Source: a bacterium (GTDB taxonomy: Bacteria; Bacillota; Negativicutes; Veillonellales; Megasphaeraceae). From it: a DNA stretch of 64,000 nt. The notes below the pieces were generated by a model. That model did no database searches. It was given only the letters and a program-made list of their open reading frames with translations, and was not told the DNA's origin. This document shows positions 52,315 to 60,359 of this stretch, one piece after another. The number at the start of each line of letters is the position of its first letter. The first letter of the stretch is position 1. The position numbers and the translations under genes were made by a program. The stretch covers positions 18,894-82,893 of the forward strand of contig CAVKEA010000002.1 in assembly GCA_963655305.1 (NCBI GenBank), in the 5' to 3' direction.

Positions 52315-53432
52315 TGAGCCAGATTGATGAACTTATCAGCAAATTTCAAGAAGTAGCAAACCATCCTAAAAAAACGGTTTTAGAATATAAAAAACAGGGC
52401 AAAGGCCTTGTAGGTATTATGCCGTACTATGCTCCAGAAGAAATCGTATATGCAGCCGGCTATCTTCCTGTAGGCCTCTTTGGCGCACAGAAACCGACCA
52501 TTTCCGCAGCTCGTACATATTTACCTCCATTCGCTTGTTCTTTGATGCAGGCTGATATGGAATTACAGCTCAACGGCACGTATGACTGCCTCGACGCTGT
52601 TCTCTTCTCCGTTCCCTGCGATACACTCCGCTGCATGAGCCAGAAATGGCACGGCAAAGCTCCGGTTGTTGTTTTCACACATCCGCAGAACCGTAAAATC
52701 CAGGCTGCTGTTGACTTCCTCAAAGCAGAATATGAACATGTCCGCAGCGAATTAGAACGTATTTTGGGCGTAAAAATCACAGACATGGCACTGCAGGAAG
52801 CTATCAAAGTTTACAACGAAAACCGTCAGGTTATGCGTGAATTCTGCGACGTAGCTGCTCAGTATCCGCAAATCTTCACACCGGTAAAACGTCATGACGT
52901 CATCAAAGCTCGTTGGTTCATGGACAAAGCAGAACACACTAAATTGGTTCGTGAATTAATCGACGCTGTCAAAGCTGAAAAAGTACAGCCTTGGACTGGC
53001 AAAAAAGTTATCCTTTCCGGTATTATGGCTGAACCGGATGAATTCCTTGATATCTTCAGCGAATTCAACATGGCTGTCGTAGCCGACGACCTCGCTCAAG
53101 AATCCCGTCAGTACCGCAACGACGTTCCGGCTGGCATTGACCCGCTCGAACAGCTCGCTAAATGGTGGCAGGATTTCGATGGCTGCCCGCTCGCTATGAA
53201 CGCTAACAAACCGCGTGGACAGATGCTCATCGATATGGCTAAAAAATATGACGCTGACGCTGTCGTTATCTGCATGATGCGTTTCTGCGATCCGGAAGAA
53301 TTCGATTATCCTATTTACAAAGTACAGTTCGAAAAAGCCGGCCTTCGCTACACGGTTGTTGACGTGGACCTCGAATCTCCGTCTCTCGAACAGATTCGTA
53401 CACGTATTCAGGCTTTCTCCGAAATTCTCTAA
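52314..53432 (+). CDS. lcdB: 2-hydroxyacyl-CoA (lactoyl-CoA) dehydratase, beta subunit
   Basis: The 372-aa HgdB-family ORF is translationally coupled to lcdA (TAATG overlap). Confidence 0.88.
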   Translation: MSQIDELISKFQEVANHPKKTVLEYKKQGKGLVGIMPYYAPEEIVYAAGYLPVGLFGAQKPTISAARTYLPPFACSLMQADMELQLNGTYDCLDAVLFSVPCDTLRCMSQKWHGKAPVVVFTHPQNRKIQAAVDFLKAEYEHVRSELERILGVKITDMALQEAIKVYNENRQVMREFCDVAAQYPQIFTPVKRHDVIKARWFMDKAEHTKLVRELIDAVKAEKVQPWTGKKVILSGIMAEPDEFLDIFSEFNMAVVADDLAQESRQYRNDVPAGIDPLEQLAKWWQDFDGCPLAMNANKPRGQMLIDMAKKYDADAVVICMMRFCDPEEFDYPIYKVQFEKAGLRYTVVDVDLESPSLEQIRTRIQAFSEIL

Positions 53433-53478
53433 TCGTGTCGCCTGACACATACCTTGTCAATCGTCTGTATTGACCTCA

Positions 53479-53593
53479 CTGCACGGGGAACCTGCCAGGG
53501 CTCCCCTGCAGTAGATAGTATCTGATTGGATGATCAGGTATTATCTACTGCAGAAAACACGATGTACTGATACATCGTTTCTGCACGTTTTTT
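53479..53593 (+). promoter_or_regulatory. Three consecutive, partly mutually exclusive hairpins between lcdB and acd; the last is terminator-like
   Basis: H1 spans 53479-53511 (CTGCACGGGGA...TCCCCTGCAG). H2 spans 53506-53553 (CTGCAGTAGATA...TATCTACTGCAG) and shares CTGCAG with H1. H3 spans 53553-53585 (ACGATGTA-CTGA-TACATCGT core) and is followed by TTTTTT at 53588-53593. Confidence 0.5.
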
Positions 53594-53653
53594 ATTTGAT
53601 TTAAAAGCAACTGCTTTTAAATATATATGTATAATCTTAGGAGGAATTACATT

Positions 53654-54802
53654 ATGGATTTTAAACTTAGTGAAATGCAGCAGGATATCGCTAATCTTGC
53701 TAAAGACTTTGCTGAAAAAAAATTGGCTTTAACGGTTAAAGACCGCGACGAAAAAGAAGTTTTCGACCGCTCCATTCTCGATGACATGGGCAGCCTCGGC
53801 CTTCTCGGTATTCCTTGGGAAGAAGAAAACGGCGGCGTTGGCGCTGACTTCCTCAGCTTGGCTGTTGCCTGCGAAGAAGTTGCAAAAGTTGACCCTTCCA
53901 TCGCTTTGAGCTTTGAAGTACACACCATGCTCTGCTCCTGGCCTATCTGGAAATTCGGCACAGCTGAACAGAAACAGAAATTCTTAAAACCGTTGGCAGA
54001 AGGCACAAAACTCGGTGCATTCGGTCTTACAGAACCGAACGCCGGCACAGATGCTTTGAACGGTGCTACAGTTGCTACTAAAAACGCAGATGGCAGCTAT
54101 ACATTGAACGGCTCCAAAGTCTTCAACACCAACGGCGGCGAAGCTGACGTAACAGTTGTTTTTGCAGCTACAGATAAATCCAAAGGTGCTAAAGGCATGA
54201 GCGCTTTCATCCTCGAAAAAGGCATGGAAGGCTTCACATACGGCAAAGAAGAAATCAAAATGGGTATCCGCGCTTCCGTACAGCGTGAACTCGTATTCCA
54301 GAACGTAAAAGTTCCGGCTGAAAACCTCCTTGGTAAAGAAGGCGAAGGCTTCAAAATCGCTATGATGACCTTGGACGGCGGCCGTGTCGGCGTTGGCGCA
54401 CAGGCTCTCGGCATTGCAGAAGGCGCTTACAACGAAGCTGTTAAATACGCTAAAGAACGTACACAGTTCGGCAAACCGATCGCTAAATTCCAGGCTGTAG
54501 GCTTCATGCTCGCTGATATGAAACTCAAAATTGAAACAGCTCGTTTGGCTGTATACAAAGCTGCTTGGAAAATGGGCCAGCCTGACGTTAAATCCTACTC
54601 TGTAGATGCAGCTATCGCTAAAAAATATGCTTCTGACGTAGCTATGCAGGTTACGACAGACGCTGTACAGGTATTTGGCGGTTACGGCTTCACTCGTGAA
54701 TATCCGGTTGAACGCTACATGCGCGATGCTAAAATCACACAGATTTACGAAGGCACTAACCAGGTACAGCAGATGGTTATTTCCGGCGCTATCCTTCGGT
54801 AA
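53654..54802 (+). CDS. Acyl-CoA dehydrogenase (butyryl-/propionyl-CoA dehydrogenase type; candidate acryloyl-CoA reductase catalytic subunit)
   Basis: The ORF reads MDFKLSEMQQDIANLAKDFAEKK and has the C-terminal block YEGTNQVQQMVISGAILR with the catalytic Glu context. The start is moved to the ATG at 53654 after AGGAGG. Confidence 0.9.
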   Translation: MDFKLSEMQQDIANLAKDFAEKKLALTVKDRDEKEVFDRSILDDMGSLGLLGIPWEEENGGVGADFLSLAVACEEVAKVDPSIALSFEVHTMLCSWPIWKFGTAEQKQKFLKPLAEGTKLGAFGLTEPNAGTDALNGATVATKNADGSYTLNGSKVFNTNGGEADVTVVFAATDKSKGAKGMSAFILEKGMEGFTYGKEEIKMGIRASVQRELVFQNVKVPAENLLGKEGEGFKIAMMTLDGGRVGVGAQALGIAEGAYNEAVKYAKERTQFGKPIAKFQAVGFMLADMKLKIETARLAVYKAAWKMGQPDVKSYSVDAAIAKKYASDVAMQVTTDAVQVFGGYGFTREYPVERYMRDAKITQIYEGTNQVQQMVISGAILR

Positions 54803-54864
54803 TCCACTGTTTTACAAAAATCACTTCCTTTCAAAATCCCATTATCAAAATAGATACATACATA

Positions 54865-54898
54865 AAAGGGCTTGCCGCTTTGTGCGGCGGCCCTTTTT
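54865..54898 (+). terminator. Intrinsic terminator after acd
   Basis: The sequence reads AAGGGCTTGCCGC-TTTGT-GCGGCGGCCCTTTTTGT. Confidence 0.8.
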
Positions 54899-54962
54899 GT
54901 TTACCGACATATCAGTTCGTCTGTCCTGCTGTATTCTCCCCTATCTTTTTTCTATAAAATTT

Positions 54963-55006
54963 TAATCTAATTCTAATCTTATTTTAATCTTCTTCTAATC
55001 TTCGTC
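54963..55006. repeat. Four direct TAATCT repeats with an exact 11-bp period
   Basis: TAATCT occurs at 54963, 54974, 54985 and 54996. The units are TAATCTaattc, TAATCTtattt, TAATCTtcttc and TAATCTtcgtc. They lie immediately upstream of the Rpn-like gene. Confidence 0.85.
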
Positions 55007-55056
55007 TGCTATAGTATTCATATCAAGATACATGATATAATATAGGAGATGAAATA

Positions 55057-55887
55057 ATGGAAACTACATTTGACAGATTGACGATACAAAATGATTTTCT
55101 CTTCAAAAAAGTGATGGAAAACAAACGAATCTGCAAACGGCTTATTGAAGAAATTCTGCAAATTCAGATTGAAACATTAACATTTGTCGAAGTAGAAAAA
55201 AGTGTTACGATTTACCAATCCAGCAAAGGAATTCGCATGGATGTCATCGCCCAGGATGAAAACCATACACGATACAACATCGAAATGCAGGCTGCCGATG
55301 TCATACATACAGCAACACATGAATCTCTACTGCCCAAGCGTACTCGCTATTACCAAGCCATGATGGATATGGACATGCTGCAAAAAGGTGATTCATATGA
55401 TAAACTGGCTGAAACGTACATTATATTTATCTGTGGCTTCGATTTATTTGCTAAAGGCCAATATACATATACGTTTCAAAAACGATGTCATGAAGACCTC
55501 TCCCTCATCCTGCCAGACAAGGCAACAATTCTGTTCCTGAACGCTAGAGGAACACATGGCAATGTAACTGCACATATAAAGAATTTTTTACAGTATATGC
55601 GGGAACATATCATATCTGATGATTTTACCAAAGAAATAGACAACGAAATTATCCGAATCAAACAAGATAGACGACTGCGGGGTGAATATATGAAATACGA
55701 AATGAACTTGCACGATGAACGAATGCTGGGATATCAGCAAGGTATTGCGAAAGGTATTGAAAAGGGCATGACATCTACTATCATAGGAATGATACGGGAA
55801 GGTATCGATTTTTCGGTAATAGCTAAAATCACATCGTATTCTATAGAACAAATCCAGAAAATTGCCAAAGACAATCAACTGATATAG
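55057..55887 (+). CDS. Rpn-family recombination-promoting nuclease / PD-(D/E)XK putative transposase
   Basis: The 276-aa ORF contains ND.LFKKVM, GIRMDVIAQDE...YNIEMQ and PKRTRYYQAMM, as in the TIGR01784-type family. The assignment is from memory. Confidence 0.7.
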   Translation: METTFDRLTIQNDFLFKKVMENKRICKRLIEEILQIQIETLTFVEVEKSVTIYQSSKGIRMDVIAQDENHTRYNIEMQAADVIHTATHESLLPKRTRYYQAMMDMDMLQKGDSYDKLAETYIIFICGFDLFAKGQYTYTFQKRCHEDLSLILPDKATILFLNARGTHGNVTAHIKNFLQYMREHIISDDFTKEIDNEIIRIKQDRRLRGEYMKYEMNLHDERMLGYQQGIAKGIEKGMTSTIIGMIREGIDFSVIAKITSYSIEQIQKIAKDNQLI

Positions 55888-55896
55888 TGAAATACT

Positions 55897-55941
55897 AAAA
55901 AAGGAACAATCCCATGTTTTCACATGAGACTGTTCCTTTTT
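55897..55941. terminator. Bidirectional terminator between the Rpn-like gene and the convergent phytase gene
   Basis: The sequence reads AAAAAGGAACAATCCCATG-TTTT-CACATGAGACTGTTCCTTTTT. Confidence 0.7.
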
Positions 55942-55999
55942 CATGTATTATATATCCCTATATATTGGCTATAAAATCCTTTCGGCTATAAAAGGAATT

Positions 56000-57934
56000 T
56001 TAACCTACTACATCATGCTTTTCAAGCCACTTGGACCAGGAAGTTGCAAAGTTGTTCTGGTAGTTTTGCTGTACGTATTTGTAGAACAATTTTACCATAC
56101 GTGCTTTGTCTGCATAGTAATCTGCTTTCCACTGATCTTTCTTTGGTTTGGGAATCTTGTATGCAACATAGTTGCCGCCGATTAAGTGCTGACGCTGTAA
56201 GATGTCTTTCAAAGAAACATCCGGGTTCTTCATCATATCAGCCATTGCCATGTATGCCGTCGTGCGGCCTACACCAGCTTGGCAGTGGAAGTGGAGCCAT
56301 GCATCTTTCGGCATGGTACGGAAGAAATTGACAAACTGATCGACGCAGTCCGGAGCCGGCCATACATGATCTGTAGCCGTAATACGAACGTAGTTGACGC
56401 CAAGAGATTTCGCCATTTCTTCTTCTGTCATGGCACTCGTAATCTTGATTTCTTTCGGATTCATAGCGAACTTCTTCTTATCCAATTCAGAAACCACTAC
56501 TTTCTGGCCAAGAGCTGATTTGATACGGTTTGTTTCATCTTTGATGATAACATCATGGGATTTTCCGAGATTGCCCCAATCGCGGAGACCATACCAGCTA
56601 ACTGCATTGCCGTTGAAGTAGCCGTGAGATTCCTGACGAAGGTCAAAATCATAAATTGGACCTTTGGCATATTTCTTGAGTTCTGCTACTACGGCTTTGA
56701 ATTCACCAGCAGAGCACTGGCCGGAACCGGAAATGTTCAATGTATCCATGCCTTTACGAGTCGGAACATACGCCGGATCTAACTGACCAACATATTTTTT
56801 ATCTACTTCACCGAATTTAGAAAGGCTTGTGCGGAAGTTGCGCGGCAGTTTATTTTTATCAGCTGTGTCAATACGCCATACATAACCTTCATAGTCCGGT
56901 TCATAGCTTTCGTAGCCATGCTGTTTCGTCCAGTCGCTGTATTTGATGTCAAAGTTTGGATGCGCTTTGCAGTATTCATAGAACTGTTTCGTAAACTGGT
57001 AACGGTCGATGTATAATTTACGGCCCCAGTTTTTCTTGCTGTCTTTGATTTCGCTGAGGTCTACGATACCAATCAACGCCTGGCGTTTGATGATGTCATC
57101 AAAGCTTACTTTGGACGCGTTTTTCATGATGTCATATGCAACCATCATGATGGTCGTGCGGCCCATGCCTGCATAGCAGTGGAAATGGAGCCATGCGTCC
57201 TTTGGCAGCGTTTTGTAGAACGCGATGAAATCATCCATGTTTTTGTCGCTCGGACGGAAATGGTCATCGATAACGATGCGGTAGTAGTTGGCACCGTGTT
57301 CTTTTACCATCTGTTCTTCGTTGCGAACACTATTGACCTGCATTTCAATCGGCGTCATCAATTTGTTGGTTTTATCATTGAACTGATAAATTTCCACAAC
57401 GCCTTTTTTCTTTACGTTATTAAGCTGGTCCGTTTCAACGTGTTTTACGATATACGGTGTACGGCCATCATTGCCCCAGTCATGGTCTGCAAACCAGCTG
57501 ACTGCAGTGCCGTTAATATAGCCGTGAGATTCAGCGCGCAAGTCAATATCGTAGAACTTGTCTGCTTTAACTGGAACTGTCTTCAAGACTTTTACAAATT
57601 CTTTTTCTGAGAAGATACTACTTGCCGAGGCACGCGTTGTAGACATTCCTTCACGAGACGGGAGTACGCCGTCTTTGGTCAAGCCCTTGAATTTGTCATT
57701 GGATGTACGGAAATTGCGGGGCAGTTGGTCTTTATCGACACGGTCGATTTTAAGAGCCAGTTTGGGAGCCTTTTTGACTTCCTGCGGTTCTGCTTTAACA
57801 TTTTGTGCCTGTGCTGTAATAGCAGTCGGCTGCGCCGTTGCGGCTGCTACGTCCTTGGCGGAAATGACAGCCGTAAACTGTACTGCCATCAAGCCGGCCA
57901 AGACCATAGCCGTTAAGGTTTTCTTGCCTATCAT
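56000..57934 (-). CDS. Secreted tandem-repeat PTP-like (cysteine) phytase / inositol polyphosphate phosphatase
   Basis: Two homologous halves each carry a PTP P-loop (HFHCYAGMGRTT and HFHCQAGVGRTT). The signal peptide is MIGKKTLTAMVLAGLMAVQFTAVISA. The start is moved to the ATG at 57934 after AAAGGAG. Confidence 0.85.
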   Translation of the reverse strand: MIGKKTLTAMVLAGLMAVQFTAVISAKDVAAATAQPTAITAQAQNVKAEPQEVKKAPKLALKIDRVDKDQLPRNFRTSNDKFKGLTKDGVLPSREGMSTTRASASSIFSEKEFVKVLKTVPVKADKFYDIDLRAESHGYINGTAVSWFADHDWGNDGRTPYIVKHVETDQLNNVKKKGVVEIYQFNDKTNKLMTPIEMQVNSVRNEEQMVKEHGANYYRIVIDDHFRPSDKNMDDFIAFYKTLPKDAWLHFHCYAGMGRTTIMMVAYDIMKNASKVSFDDIIKRQALIGIVDLSEIKDSKKNWGRKLYIDRYQFTKQFYEYCKAHPNFDIKYSDWTKQHGYESYEPDYEGYVWRIDTADKNKLPRNFRTSLSKFGEVDKKYVGQLDPAYVPTRKGMDTLNISGSGQCSAGEFKAVVAELKKYAKGPIYDFDLRQESHGYFNGNAVSWYGLRDWGNLGKSHDVIIKDETNRIKSALGQKVVVSELDKKKFAMNPKEIKITSAMTEEEMAKSLGVNYVRITATDHVWPAPDCVDQFVNFFRTMPKDAWLHFHCQAGVGRTTAYMAMADMMKNPDVSLKDILQRQHLIGGNYVAYKIPKPKKDQWKADYYADKARMVKLFYKYVQQNYQNNFATSWSKWLEKHDVVG

Positions 57935-58044
57935 GGGTACGTCACTCCTTTTTATATTCATTAATATTTATGAGCGTATCGATTACAGTATGAGGAGTTG
58001 TGCTTGTATGTCAAGCACAATACCCCATAACTGCGGAAAAATCA

Positions 58045-59334
58045 TTAGAATTTCGTAACAAATTTAAGGTAGAAGGAATTCTTCGTTGCTTTCTGAAGTG
58101 CTTTGCCTTTGCTATCAACGTTTCTATTATCCGGTGTAGTGGAACCCCAATACCGCAAGAGAGAAATCTTGGAATTATCACTGACAGCGTAATCGGTTTC
58201 CCAACCGAAGCCTTTGAAGCCCATTTCATCGATATAATCTTTATAGCCGCCGTAGTTATCGTTCATGAACAAGTTCTGATCGACATTGAAGTATTTAACA
58301 GCGGTTTCCCATGTGCCTTTCTTCTTAGCATGACCATAATGAAGACCTACCATATAGCCATCTGTCGATGCATTGGCACCACGGTATTTATAACCATAAT
58401 TAACGTCACCGAATGCATCACCTGCACCGTTTAACCATTCAGCAGCTGGTTTATCCGTATTGCTGTTGTGAATATATTCGCCGCTGACCCAGAATTTACC
58501 GACAATCGGTGTCTTGCCATAGACGCCGATATATTCTTCCGGCTGCTGATGGGATACATAAAGTCCGGCATAGGCATCTTTCGTAAAGTTGTGGCGGTAG
58601 TCGGCAAACCACAAGACACGGGCTCTATCATGTCGCTGATCTTCACAGGTATTTTCGCACAAATATTCTTGGGAATCGCGGCCATAGAATACTTTCGCAT
58701 AGTCTTTATCAGTGAATTTATAAGACGTGCTGAAACCTTTGATGGAGCTCTTAGACAAGTAGAGACCTTCACCAAGATCTGCCCCTTGGATACCTGCTTC
58801 AATCAAGCCTGCATCTTTGGCACCGAATTTTTTCATGATTTCTGCATAGGTCAACTGAATTTTATTTTTTTCATAGGCTTCTTTATATTTAGCAGAGCTG
58901 GAACCATATTTGGTGACATCGCCCGGTTCATAAGACGTTGCTTTATATTTGACACCGACTTTTACGCCAAAGCCATCTTTAAGCTGTTTTGTCGCATTGA
59001 TCTTCGCTTCGCCTTTTACTTTAGATGTACCAGTGGAATCACTCCAGTAACCTGTCTTAATAGATCCACTCCATTTGATCTGATCTTTTTCTGCTTTTTT
59101 TACCTTTTTTAGGTCTTTAGACTGTTTGTCACTGGTTTTCTGCAAATAATGGAGTTCGCTTTCCATGGAGTTCAAGCGTTCCGTCAATTCAACGATTTCT
59201 GCTTCCAGCGCCTGTGTCCGTACTTCAGCAGATGTGTCTGCAGCAAATGCTGTCGGTGCCATACCGGCAGTCATGCCGAAGGCCATACCGGTTGCCAACA
59301 TGCATGTCAGCAAATTTCTCTTGCTTTGTTTCAT
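58045..59334 (-). CDS. Outer-membrane porin-like protein with an N-terminal coiled coil
   Basis: It has a signal peptide ending AFA, a heptad-rich segment (ALEAEIVELTERLNSMESELHYLQK), alternating beta-strand-like sequence rich in G/Y/K, and a C-terminal YLKFVTKF ending in Phe. Confidence 0.7.
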   Translation of the reverse strand: MKQSKRNLLTCMLATGMAFGMTAGMAPTAFAADTSAEVRTQALEAEIVELTERLNSMESELHYLQKTSDKQSKDLKKVKKAEKDQIKWSGSIKTGYWSDSTGTSKVKGEAKINATKQLKDGFGVKVGVKYKATSYEPGDVTKYGSSSAKYKEAYEKNKIQLTYAEIMKKFGAKDAGLIEAGIQGADLGEGLYLSKSSIKGFSTSYKFTDKDYAKVFYGRDSQEYLCENTCEDQRHDRARVLWFADYRHNFTKDAYAGLYVSHQQPEEYIGVYGKTPIVGKFWVSGEYIHNSNTDKPAAEWLNGAGDAFGDVNYGYKYRGANASTDGYMVGLHYGHAKKKGTWETAVKYFNVDQNLFMNDNYGGYKDYIDEMGFKGFGWETDYAVSDNSKISLLRYWGSTTPDNRNVDSKGKALQKATKNSFYLKFVTKF

Positions 59335-59374
59335 AATAAAACCTCTCCCTTTTTATATTAAATGATTACCCTGC

Positions 59375-60325
59375 TTAATCAGCATATCCTTGTTGTTCAC
59401 ACCACTGGCTGTATGTAATATCCAGGTTGGGATGTGCTTTTGCATAGTCATAGAACCGTTTGGTAAATTCAGCACGTTTCGGATAGTTTGCTTTTTTATA
59501 CGGGTCTTTAGTCGTCTGAGCTGAGAATCGAACGTCCTGGCCGCCGAGCAATACTTCACGAGTCATGATTTCGTCATAGCTGAGTTTCGTCGCATTGTGA
59601 ATCATGTCAATCATCTGCAGGGTAATAGTCGTTCTGCCTACACCAGCTTCGCAGTGCGCATGAATCCAAGCATCTTTCGGCAGGGATTTATAGAATTTAA
59701 CAAACTGGTCAATATTGGCACGCGTCGGGGCACTGTAGTCCATAATGGGGATACGATAGTATTTGACACCCATGGATTCGACAAATTCGCGTTCTGTCAT
59801 AACAGAATCTACTTTGACTTCTGTCAAGGATGCGATCGATTTGTCTTTGGCCTGTGTTGCGATGTTAATCGTGCCGGCTGCTTTCGCATCTTTGAGCAAT
59901 GCTTTTTCGCGTTTGTTTACTTCTTTGGCATTGAGGCCTTTGTTGTATGTTTTGTAGCGGCTGTACCAGCTGACACCATTGTCATTGATATAGCCATGGG
60001 ATTCGTTGCGAAGGTCGAGAACAATCACGCGTTCCTTCGGAATCTTTTTCAGCATTTCTTTAAATTCGTTTTTAGAGAAATAGCTGCTGCCGGACATCTG
60101 CAGTTCATTGAGGCCTTCGCGGGTTGGATATACACCCGTTTTAGATTCTTTGTACTGGCTTTGTGCCGTGCGGAAGTTAGCCGGCATGACAGATACATTA
60201 GCAGGGCGGTCGTATTTGACGAACTGCACCCCTTCTGCCGGTTCTGCTGCAAATACAGCGCTGCAGCAGAGCATCAAGCCTACTACTAAGGCTGATGTTT
60301 TCAATTTGTACTTCTTGTTTAACAT
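59375..60325 (-). CDS. Secreted single-domain PTP-like (cysteine) phytase
   Basis: Its P-loop HAHCEAGVGRTT is identical in core to the Selenomonas PhyA signature HCEAGVGRT. It has a signal peptide (ALVVGLMLCCSAVFA). The start is moved to the ATG at 60325. Confidence 0.88.
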   Translation of the reverse strand: MLNKKYKLKTSALVVGLMLCCSAVFAAEPAEGVQFVKYDRPANVSVMPANFRTAQSQYKESKTGVYPTREGLNELQMSGSSYFSKNEFKEMLKKIPKERVIVLDLRNESHGYINDNGVSWYSRYKTYNKGLNAKEVNKREKALLKDAKAAGTINIATQAKDKSIASLTEVKVDSVMTEREFVESMGVKYYRIPIMDYSAPTRANIDQFVKFYKSLPKDAWIHAHCEAGVGRTTITLQMIDMIHNATKLSYDEIMTREVLLGGQDVRFSAQTTKDPYKKANYPKRAEFTKRFYDYAKAHPNLDITYSQWCEQQGYAD

Positions 60326-60359
60326 ACGATACATCTCCTTTTATAATAAATTTTTATTG

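Noticed and set aside
53596-53636. A TATAAT hexamer (53630-53635) upstream of acd, considered as an internal promoter.
   Set aside because: It lies only about 18 nt before the start codon, so a transcript would begin within or after the RBS. There is no -35 at proper spacing. acd is more likely expressed by read-through from lcdB.
55943-56185. An 80-aa plus-strand hydrophobic ORF just after the Rpn-like gene terminator.
   Set aside because: It lies almost entirely antisense to the 3' end of the tandem phytase gene, and no RBS is present.
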